From Candidatus Nanosyncoccus sp. (GTDB lineage: Bacteria > Patescibacteriota > Saccharimonadia > Saccharimonadales > Saccharimonadaceae): a stretch of 64,000 bases of DNA. The stretch lies in NCBI GenBank assembly GCA_045544765.1, contig JAZPZQ010000022.1:9837-73836 (forward strand). Direction: 5' to 3'. Within the stretch, counting starts at the first letter, position 1, and every line of letters starts with the position of its first letter. Both the position numbers and the translations under genes were made by a program. Positions 56,569-64,000 of this stretch are shown here, piece by piece. The notes beneath the pieces were generated by a model, which worked only from the letters and a program-made list of their open reading frames with translations, made no database searches and had not been told where the DNA came from.

Positions 56569-56645
56569 TGGTGGACCCAGCAGGGCTCGAACCTGCGACC
56601 TTACGAATGTGAATCGTACGCTCTAGCCAACTGAGCTATGGGTCC
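56569..56645 (-). tRNA. tRNA-Val(CAC)
   Basis: Anticodon arm TACGA-TTCACAT-TCGTA; GGTTCGAGCCC; encoded CCA. Confidence 0.96.
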
Positions 56646-56667
56646 AGAAATGTGTTATAATTATAGC

Positions 56668-57708
56668 ATGAATTTAGATAAAATAAAAGCAGAACTGGAC
56701 GATTTGGAAGCATTTCTAGCCACCCCCGACGCCTATAGTGATACTAGCTTCGCCGCCAAAGCCAAGCGAGCTACTTTGCTACGCGAAATTATCGACCTAG
56801 ATGCCAAAATCTCCCAAGCCAAAGCCAATCTCGAAGAAGCCGAACTACTATCGAACGACCCAGAGCTTGGCGAAATCGCACGAGAAGATATCAAAGCCCT
56901 AAAATCCACTATCGAAACTGATTCCACTAGGCTCGAGGAGCTCCTTATTCCACGCGACCCTTCAGACGATAAGCCCGCCATCATCGAAATCCGTGCCGGC
57001 GCCGGTGGCGACGAAGCTAGTCTATTTGCCGGTGAAATGTACCGCCTATATCTTAAATACGCCGAAAACCACGGTCTCAAATCCGAATTAATCAGCAAAA
57101 ACGAAAATGAAGCCGGTGGTATGAAAGAAGTAATTTTCAAAATTTCTGGTGACAATGCCTACGGCCAACTCAAATTCGAAGGCGGCGTCCATCGTGTTCA
57201 ACGCGTGCCTGTAACCGAATCTCAAGGCCGCATCCATACTTCCACTGTTACCGTCGCCGTTCTTCCTGAAGCCGACGAACAAGACCTCGAAATCAACCCT
57301 GATGACCTCCGTATCGATATCTACCGCTCCGGCGGTCATGGTGGCCAAGGCGTTAATACGACTGACTCAGCTGTCCGCATCACCCACCTCCCTACCGGTA
57401 TTATGGTAGCCATGCAAGACGAGCGTTCTCAGCAACAAAACCGCATTAAAGCTATGAATATCTTGCGTTCTCGCCTCCTCGAAAAGAAAAAAGAAGAAGA
57501 GATGAAATCCGCCTCCGAGGCCCGTAAGTCTCTCATTGGTACCGGCGACCGTTCCGAAAAAATCCGTACCTACAACTTTCCCCAAGACCGCGTCACCGAT
57601 CACCGCATTCACTACTCACGCTCGAATATTTCAGCCGTAATGGACGGCGATATTGACGACATAATCCACGAACTTACCAAGCATGAACGCACCCTCAAAG
57701 AAGCCTAA
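56668..57708 (+). CDS. prfA: Peptide chain release factor 1
   Basis: [12 protein letters not shown] tripeptide, [14 protein letters not shown]. Start MNLDK at 56668. Confidence 0.97.
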   Translation: MNLDKIKAELDDLEAFLATPDAYSDTSFAAKAKRATLLREIIDLDAKISQAKANLEEAELLSNDPELGEIAREDIKALKSTIETDSTRLEELLIPRDPSDDKPAIIEIRAGAGGDEASLFAGEMYRLYLKYAENHGLKSELISKNENEAGGMKEVIFKISGDNAYGQLKFEGGVHRVQRVPVTESQGRIHTSTVTVAVLPEADEQDLEINPDDLRIDIYRSGGHGGQGVNTTDSAVRITHLPTGIMVAMQDERSQQQNRIKAMNILRSRLLEKKKEEEMKSASEARKSLIGTGDRSEKIRTYNFPQDRVTDHRIHYSRSNISAVMDGDIDDIIHELTKHERTLKEA

Positions 57709-58372
57709 AGCTTACCAAGATGGCACCAAGGATTTCTACGGTCGTGATTTTATCGTCACACCAGATGTGCTAATTCCCCGCCCCGAGACCGAACAAATCG
57801 TCGACGCGGTTCTAAATCTCGCCGGCAAACCCTATCTCCCAGGCGTCAAGCCATCACCAAAGCAACTCCCAGACAAATCAATCATCCTAGATGTCGGTAC
57901 CGGTTCCGGCTGTATCGCCATCACCATCAAAAAGGAGCTTCCCGAGGCTACAGTTTATGCTTCCGATATTTCAAAGAAGGCTCTCGAAATTGCACAAAAA
58001 AACGCCGACAAACATGGCGCATCCATAAGTACTATTATATCACACTTACTCGAAAAAGTCAATGACGGCACTATCCCCACCCCTGATCTCATCGTCGCTA
58101 ATCTACCCTACGTCGACCCAGATTGGGACTGGCTAGATAAAGAATCCTTGAGCCAGGAGCCAGAGTTGGCCCTCTACGCTAAAGACCACGGTCTCGCCCA
58201 GATCAAACAGCTTATCACCGAAGCCTCCGTCCTCAAGATTAAATACCTCGCCCTTGAAGCCGATCCTTGTCAACACGATTCCATAATCAGCTACGCACAA
58301 AAAGCGGGCTTCAAGCATCTTGAAACCCGCGGATTTATCCTTACTTTTTGTAGGCACCAAGCGTCACATTGA
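57683..58372 (+). CDS. prmC: Release factor glutamine methyltransferase
   Basis: [29 protein letters not shown]; overlaps prfA. Confidence 0.93.
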   Translation: MNAPSKKPKAYQDGTKDFYGRDFIVTPDVLIPRPETEQIVDAVLNLAGKPYLPGVKPSPKQLPDKSIILDVGTGSGCIAITIKKELPEATVYASDISKKALEIAQKNADKHGASISTIISHLLEKVNDGTIPTPDLIVANLPYVDPDWDWLDKESLSQEPELALYAKDHGLAQIKQLITEASVLKIKYLALEADPCQHDSIISYAQKAGFKHLETRGFILTFCRHQASH

Positions 58373-59498
58373 TGGCTGTCTCATTGCCCTCACGCACAAC
58401 GGTTAATTGTACCGTATCACCAGGTTTGTATTCGCCAATCAAATCCGACAAAGTACCGGAAGTCCCAATCTTAACACCATTGACTGCAGTTACGATGTCT
58501 TTATCTCTAAGACCTGCTTTTGCCGCAGGAGAATCTTTCACAATCGCCGAATAAGACGAAGAGCTATAAAGATATTCACCAGTAGAAACCGGCAAATTAT
58601 AAGCCTTGGCAATCTCGGGCGTAATCTGGACGCTATACACCCCAATATAAGCTCGTTCTGCTTTACCAGTTTCAATTAGCTGGTTCAACATACCCTTTAC
58701 CGATGATATCGGAATCGCAAAACCCATATTTTCAGCCGAAGAAGAAGTAGCAGTATTGATACCAATCACTTCACCTGCCGCATTAACCAAAGGCCCACCC
58801 GAATTCCCAGAATTAATTGCCGCATCAGTCTGAATCATATCGGTCAGGGTCTCTACGTTGTATCCCGAACCATCCGAAGCGGTCACAGAACGCCCCATGC
58901 CGGAAATAATCCCAGCAGTCACAGTATTCTGGTATTCACCCAACGCGTTGCCAATCGCAATCACTTGCTGACCCACGCTAATAGTCTTAGAATCACCCAA
59001 AGTCGCCGGAGTTAAATCCGAGACATCCTTGATCTTAAGGTAAGCGATGTCGTCGAGCGGATCAGTCGCCACCACTTCAACATCTTCATAAGTAGTCCCG
59101 TCATCTAGAATCACCGTTACCTTGGTAGCCCCGTTAATCACATGCTTATTCGTAATAATATAACCATCCGAAGTGGCAATTACGCCAGTCCCCGCCGCCG
59201 AAGAAGAATAATCTTGCCCGAAATAATTCCGAGTCGTGGTCGAAGTTACTATCGACACTACGCTTTTAGAAACCTTTTCCGCAATATCCGCTATCGACCC
59301 TTCCGTAAAATTCGCCGAATTACCATCAGCCCCACTGCCTAAAAACGTGATTGGTGTCGATGACTTCTCAAAACCCATCCAGCCCAGCGCCAAACCGCCA
59401 GCACCCAGCACCAAAGCTATCGCCGACATCACCACTGCCGCCTTAACCCCTCTATTTTTTTCTGCTTCAACAATTTCGCCCTTTTTCTCTGTTTCCAT
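58341..59498 (-). CDS. htrA: HtrA/DegP-like serine protease with PDZ domain
   Basis: TNKHV, DDIA, QTDAAINSGNSGG; N-terminal TM. Confidence 0.93.
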   Translation of the reverse strand: METEKKGEIVEAEKNRGVKAAVVMSAIALVLGAGGLALGWMGFEKSSTPITFLGSGADGNSANFTEGSIADIAEKVSKSVVSIVTSTTTRNYFGQDYSSSAAGTGVIATSDGYIITNKHVINGATKVTVILDDGTTYEDVEVVATDPLDDIAYLKIKDVSDLTPATLGDSKTISVGQQVIAIGNALGEYQNTVTAGIISGMGRSVTASDGSGYNVETLTDMIQTDAAINSGNSGGPLVNAAGEVIGINTATSSSAENMGFAIPISSVKGMLNQLIETGKAERAYIGVYSVQITPEIAKAYNLPVSTGEYLYSSSSYSAIVKDSPAAKAGLRDKDIVTAVNGVKIGTSGTLSDLIGEYKPGDTVQLTVVREGNETAINVTLGAYKK

Positions 59499-59506
59499 TT
59501 TCCTCC

Positions 59507-60289
59507 TTATATATTAAATATTGGGTTACTAAAACAAATTACGATGATGCCGATCAGCACCGCCCCAAACACCACCGGCCCCACAATATGCTTAAATCTA
59601 AAATCTTCCTGGTATTTAATCATTGCCTGCCGCGCATAATTATACACAAACGCAAAAATCGTCAAAATCACCGCAACCTGCGGAATCCGCACACCAGTCG
59701 AACCAAAAGTATACACGATCGACCAAGTATTGCAAAGCCACGCCACTTCCGCAAACACCACCCCACACACCAAAGTCGTAAGCGTAAAATCTTTATCCGA
59801 ACTTTGCGCCAAGACGTGTCGACTCGCTGCATAACCAATCAAAAACTCAAGCAACACCAATGCAGTCACATCCAGCCCGGCCGTCATAATTGCCGAAGCG
59901 CTTGTGCCTAAAAACACTGCAGTCAGCGATTGTGCCAAGTTGGCATTTTCCGAAGACAAAGGCTTGATAAACAGCAACCAAATACAATAAAACCCAGCCA
60001 AAATAAAATGCACCGGCATAAAAGCAGCCCCGGCGTAATAAGACAGCAAAACTACGCTGATGCCCACAATCAAATCAACCAAATTAGACTTAATATTAAG
60101 CCATAGGTACCTTGCCCGCACAGCAAAAATCCGCCATTTGGACACTAAAACCAAAAGCAACCCCAACACTGGGCTCCCAGACAACACCGTGATAAAGACG
60201 GCGCCAACCCCCAGCAGTAAATTGAGCAAAATATGTACCATATTGCTCGCAATGTTTCTCGATTTTCTTGCTAAAATATAATCTGCCAT
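59507..60289 (-). CDS. Conserved multi-pass membrane protein
   Basis: About eight TMs; LVSKWRIFAVR motif; no function recognised. Confidence 0.7.
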   Translation of the reverse strand: MADYILARKSRNIASNMVHILLNLLLGVGAVFITVLSGSPVLGLLLVLVSKWRIFAVRARYLWLNIKSNLVDLIVGISVVLLSYYAGAAFMPVHFILAGFYCIWLLFIKPLSSENANLAQSLTAVFLGTSASAIMTAGLDVTALVLLEFLIGYAASRHVLAQSSDKDFTLTTLVCGVVFAEVAWLCNTWSIVYTFGSTGVRIPQVAVILTIFAFVYNYARQAMIKYQEDFRFKHIVGPVVFGAVLIGIIVICFSNPIFNI

Positions 60290-60381
60290 ATAACTATATT
60301 ATAACAGATTTATTAAAATAAGATTAAAAAGTAAGCCTAATTAGAATCGCAAGATGCTTTTAGTGTGATATAATTATCCCT

Positions 60382-61050
60382 ATGGAACCTAAGTTTTTTC
60401 AAAAACATCCACTATTGAAAGATTTACTGAGTCTAGGCGGCTTCATCGCAGCTATTGTACTTGGTACCATGTTTTTGAACACCTTTATTTATCGCTCATA
60501 TAACGTCGTAGGTGGCAGTATGGAAAACACCCTCCACCAGGATGACCGCGTAATCGTCAACCGCGCCGCCGTGTCGTGGGCACATTTCACCGGCAACGAA
60601 TATGTCCCAGAGCGTGGTCAAATCATTGTATTTCTAAACGAAGACGAGGAGAAGGTCAAAGAATACCAAGCCCAAGGCATCGAAAACCCTATGACTTGTT
60701 CCGTCCCATCAAACGTCAACGACCAGTATATCATCAAGCGCGTTATCGCCTTTCCCGGTGAAAGAGTCGTCGTCAAGGATGGCGTGATGACCATCTACAA
60801 CGAAGAAAACCCAGATGGTTTTGTTTATGACACCAAGTGGCGTACTTCCGATACCGACGGGCCCAAAGAGCACACCTCGGGCGAAGTCGATACCGTAGTT
60901 CCAGAAGGCGAATTATTTGTCTCCGGCGACAACCGCGAGGGCAACAATTCCTGGGATTCTCGCAACGGTCTCGGCACTATTCCGTACTGCCGTATCATCG
61001 GTCCCGTAATGCTTCGCTTATTCCCCTTTGACAAAATCCGCACCTTCTAA
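60382..61050 (+). CDS. lepB: Signal peptidase I
   Basis: GGSMENTL, YIIKRVIAFPGE, GDNR...SWDSR. Confidence 0.95.
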   Translation: MEPKFFQKHPLLKDLLSLGGFIAAIVLGTMFLNTFIYRSYNVVGGSMENTLHQDDRVIVNRAAVSWAHFTGNEYVPERGQIIVFLNEDEEKVKEYQAQGIENPMTCSVPSNVNDQYIIKRVIAFPGERVVVKDGVMTIYNEENPDGFVYDTKWRTSDTDGPKEHTSGEVDTVVPEGELFVSGDNREGNNSWDSRNGLGTIPYCRIIGPVMLRLFPFDKIRTF

Positions 61051-61128
61051 CCCCTAGTGACTTTGTAAAACACCACCCCTATAGCACCATATATTATATA
61101 GTGCTACATCTAGCGTTTTTATCCAATA

Positions 61129-62331
61129 TTACACTTCGCCAATTAATTTCACCGACTCCGCTTCCGGTAATTCCTCAACCTCACGCAACTTCCGCTCAAT
61201 CGTGCGCGAAGTTGTCTTAGCCGAGTCAATTTTGTTAGCCGATTCTTGTAGCTTCTTTTGTACCCCCTCAAGCAAATCCGAAAACTTTCCAAACTGCGTC
61301 TTCACCGCCCCGAGTGTCTGCCACACCTCCGCCGACCGCTTCTCTATCGCCACCGTCTTAAAGCCCATCAAAAGCCCGTTCAAAGCCACCGGCAAAGTCG
61401 ACGGGCTCGTAATCGAAACATGATATTTTTGTCTCACCTCGTCCGACAGTCCAGGAATCCGCAAAATCTCTGCATATAGAGATTCTGTCGGTACAAACAT
61501 CATCCCAAAGTCCGTAGTCATCGGCGGGTCTAAATATTTTGTCGAAATCTTTTTGGCTTGCTCCTTCACGTCTGCCGCTAGCGCCTTGGAATATTTCTCA
61601 ATTTCCGCCTTCTCACCATTATCATATGCCGCTATCAGTCTCGAGTAATTCTCCACCGGGAACTTTGAATCAATCGGTAGATACACAAGGCTTTCCGCAC
61701 TTTTCCCTGGCATTTTAATCGCAAACTCGACCCTATCGGCACTTCCTTTTTTTGTCACCACATTTTCCTCATACTGCGATTTGTTGAGGATATCTCCAAT
61801 AATAGCCCCTAGTTGCACTTCACCATAAATCCCCCGTGTCTTCACCCCTTCCATCACCTTTTTTAGATCTCCCACACCAGTCGCTAAATTCTTCATTTCA
61901 CCTAAACCTTGATATACTTGCGTCAGCTGGTTCGAAATCGACTTAAAGCTTTCATTAAAACGTTTCTCTACCGATGCTTTTAACTTCTCATCCACCGTTT
62001 CGCGCATCTGCTCTAGACTCTTCTCATTGCTAGTTCGCATTTGCTCCAGTTTCTTCTCATTCCCAGTCCTAAGTAGCTCCAGGCTCTTAGTATTGCTATT
62101 CTGCATCCGCTCCAGATTCTCAGAAATCTCCTTCCGATTTTCCCGGAAATTGCGATCAATCGCTGGACTAATCTTTCCAACCTCCCCCTCGACCCTAATC
62201 AGCCTTTCCTCCATCGCCTTAAAATCGGCCTGCTCAGCACCACCATTCGATGATTTACGCAGCAAAAGTACGATCACTACGACCAGCAGTAGAACTATTA
62301 ATACACCAACTATTATAATCACAATATCCAT
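61129..62331 (-). CDS. rmuC: DNA recombination protein RmuC
   Basis: KTRGIYGEVQL, PIDSKFP, MFVPTESLY, SPSTL. Confidence 0.93.
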   Translation of the reverse strand: MDIVIIIVGVLIVLLLVVVIVLLLRKSSNGGAEQADFKAMEERLIRVEGEVGKISPAIDRNFRENRKEISENLERMQNSNTKSLELLRTGNEKKLEQMRTSNEKSLEQMRETVDEKLKASVEKRFNESFKSISNQLTQVYQGLGEMKNLATGVGDLKKVMEGVKTRGIYGEVQLGAIIGDILNKSQYEENVVTKKGSADRVEFAIKMPGKSAESLVYLPIDSKFPVENYSRLIAAYDNGEKAEIEKYSKALAADVKEQAKKISTKYLDPPMTTDFGMMFVPTESLYAEILRIPGLSDEVRQKYHVSITSPSTLPVALNGLLMGFKTVAIEKRSAEVWQTLGAVKTQFGKFSDLLEGVQKKLQESANKIDSAKTTSRTIERKLREVEELPEAESVKLIGEV

Positions 62332-62343
62332 AATTTTATTATA

Positions 62344-64000
62344 TCACTCTTCGCTATTGTTATTTTTAATGTAGGCATATGAAGCAGCTCCCGTAACTGC
62401 TGCAACTGCAGCCGCAATCGCAAGCCCAGCCATAGAAGAAGCATCAGAGCTATTAGATGTTTCTACCAATCCGAGTGGTTCATTATAACTATCTGAACTA
62501 TTTTCAAGCCCAGCGACATCGTTAGTATTTTCCGAGTTACTCGCGTCACTACTCTCGTCAGACGAACTCGTTGAATTCGACGAAACAACACTATTTAGGC
62601 TAAGTGGCGATACGTTATTTGTTTGCGCTGAAGTATTACTGGTCTGTTCTGAATTTGTTTGCGAAGCAATCGGAGTCGTCATCGCCGCCCGGAAATCATC
62701 GATTAAGTCAGAGTCGGCATTTGGATTATGCATATACCAGTCGATGATATCTTGAGTAGTCTGCACGTAACCCATCATGAAGACAAACTTCAAATTATTT
62801 GAACTACTTTTCTGCTTGTAGTACCTAGTTCTATCGAACAAACCAGAGAGGTACGTCAGTTCATACTCTTGATATCTTTCCTCATCCGGCACACCAAGGA
62901 GACCCTCGAGCAAGTACGCTACAGTACCAGTACGGTCAGCACCTACACGGCAATGGAAGTAAATGTTCTGAGGATTATTTTCATTTACAATGTCCTCCAT
63001 AATATGTGTTACCGCCGTCCAAGCTCTCATGTAATTTGAGGTAGCATTATTCTCATCTCCAGAATTATAGTCAAAGTTGTAATGAATTACCTGGTCATTC
63101 TGATAGCTAGAAAGTCTCGTATTGCCAGAATACTCAGCTGGATCACCCACATCATACTCCTTCGTAATGCCGAGATTAGTTAGGTTAGTTGCTGGAGTCG
63201 TCCACAGTTTCTCACCACGGAACAATCTACCGTAATCTACATAGGCATCCACCGTTCCATCATCATCCGTATCAGCTGGTAAACCACCAAGGTCACGCAC
63301 ATTTCTAATCTGACCTGCATCCACCCAACGTGTACCGTGATCTGAACCGTTAGAAGTAACCGTCACATAACCATAAACTGTGTTATCACCATCCTTCATC
63401 CACTTATAAGTATTACCAGGAATCAAGTTACGGATAACACCATCAGAAGCATTTACATAAGTTACCTGCGCACCTAAGGTCTGATTATTGTATAGGTAGA
63501 CATTTACGGGAGCATTAAGCAAGGTATCATACACATCTGGCTTCGCACAGTCCACCGAGCCATTAGTCCAAGCCGTCGGATTTGGTGTAGTCGTCGCTGC
63601 ATCACCATAGCTTGGCTTCATACAATTATTAGTCTCGAAATTATTTTTTAGTGTCGACCAGAATTGTACTTCAGAAAGTTCACTCGTATCACCCCAGGTA
63701 GAATCATTGATCGTGGTAGTATTCTTATTAAAGGTCGTGATATTTACAGGGCTCCCAACCCAGTTATTAATAATCGTCTTATATCCTCTTGTCGCGTCGT
63801 TTGACACATCAAATACCACAGGTGTATCAGATGAATTATACACCCATTCCGCCACCAATGTTACATCACCAGTCGGGATATACTGAGTGCCATCGCTTAC
63901 TAAGGTATTACCATCATACCAGCCACCGAAGGTATAATTAGCGCTTGGTGCAGTCGGTGTCGGCAAAGCCCCTACCGGATCGCCAATTGTAATATCGTAG
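62344..64000 (-). CDS. Surface protein with InlB-B-like repeat, PTP-like phosphatase domain and C-terminal TM (5' end outside window)
   Basis: Frame open to 64000; PTPT...YTFGGWY repeat; NVRDLGG, LFRG, HCRVGADRTG P-loop; S/T-rich stalk plus TM. Confidence 0.82.
   Translation of the reverse strand, partial: YDITIGDPVGALPTPTAPSANYTFGGWYDGNTLVSDGTQYIPTGDVTLVAEWVYNSSDTPVVFDVSNDATRGYKTIINNWVGSPVNITTFNKNTTTINDSTWGDTSELSEVQFWSTLKNNFETNNCMKPSYGDAATTTPNPTAWTNGSVDCAKPDVYDTLLNAPVNVYLYNNQTLGAQVTYVNASDGVIRNLIPGNTYKWMKDGDNTVYGYVTVTSNGSDHGTRWVDAGQIRNVRDLGGLPADTDDDGTVDAYVDYGRLFRGEKLWTTPATNLTNLGITKEYDVGDPAEYSGNTRLSSYQNDQVIHYNFDYNSGDENNATSNYMRAWTAVTHIMEDIVNENNPQNIYFHCRVGADRTGTVAYLLEGLLGVPDEERYQEYELTYLSGLFDRTRYYKQKSSSNNLKFVFMMGYVQTTQDIIDWYMHNPNADSDLIDDFRAAMTTPIASQTNSEQTSNTSAQTNNVSPLSLNSVVSSNSTSSSDESSDASNSENTNDVAGLENSSDSYNEPLGLVETSNSSDASSMAGLAIAAAVAAVTGAASYAYIKNNNSEE

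Larger units (their letters stand above)
54250..56574. mobile_element. 2.3-kb islet at the tRNA-Val 3' end bounded by a 14-bp direct repeat
   Basis: ATAAAAAATGGTGG at 54250-54263 and 56561-56574 (includes the tRNA CCACCA end); AT-rich content; no integrase. Confidence 0.5.

Noticed and set aside
56638-56667. ORF-track start of prfA ([10 protein letters not shown])
   Set aside because: Overlaps tRNA-Val and the -10 box; ATG 56668 fits better. Starts were similarly revised for rplL, rpmG, nrdD, GT4, sortase, gpsA and the GyrI-like gene.
1-64000. CRISPR array, cas genes, rRNA, reverse transcriptase/retron/DGR
   Set aside because: No regularly spaced repeat-spacer series, rRNA-like tract or RT motifs were seen by eye.

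Overview
This window looks like chromosome from a Patescibacteria/CPR bacterium, most likely a host-associated Candidatus Saccharibacterium. That taxonomy is inferred from the extended L1, L33 and SecE, the compact intergenic spacing and the typical CPR gene set; no search was run. Core genes: sufS-like (partial), rplL-rplJ with L10 leader, secE-nusG-rplK-rplA, alpha-glucan genes (GT35, GH97, GT4, GH57), rpmG, UvrD-nuclease fusion, gpsA, nrdDG, prfA-prmC, htrA, lepB, rmuC, and three tRNAs (Gln-CTG, Trp-CCA, Val-CAC). About 8.3-27.8 kb is a defence hotspot at the tRNA-Gln 3' end. It holds a two-methylase type II R-M locus, a decayed serine-recombinase remnant, and a ~16 kb element with a SpoVG-like/rolling-circle Rep/large serine recombinase core. 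That element carries a phase-variable type I R-M shufflon (three TRD cassettes, two repeat families, tyrosine recombinase) with a foreign AT-rich 3-hydroxyacyl-CoA dehydrogenase gene trapped inside. Main second-look items: (1) a class III RNR that lacks its glycyl-radical tail but is otherwise intact; (2) an unannotated 43-aa basic C2HC zinc-finger microprotein with its own promoter, perfect palindrome and terminator next to rpmG; (3) the shufflon architecture, including an in-frame HsdS-HsdR fusion route; (4) a structured ~105-nt leader RNA; (5) a VTC-DUF4956-Cthe_2159 operon; (6) a tRNA-Val islet of paralogous surface proteins; (7) pervasive leaderless gene starts. No rRNA or CRISPR array was seen. 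All family calls come from motif recognition by eye.
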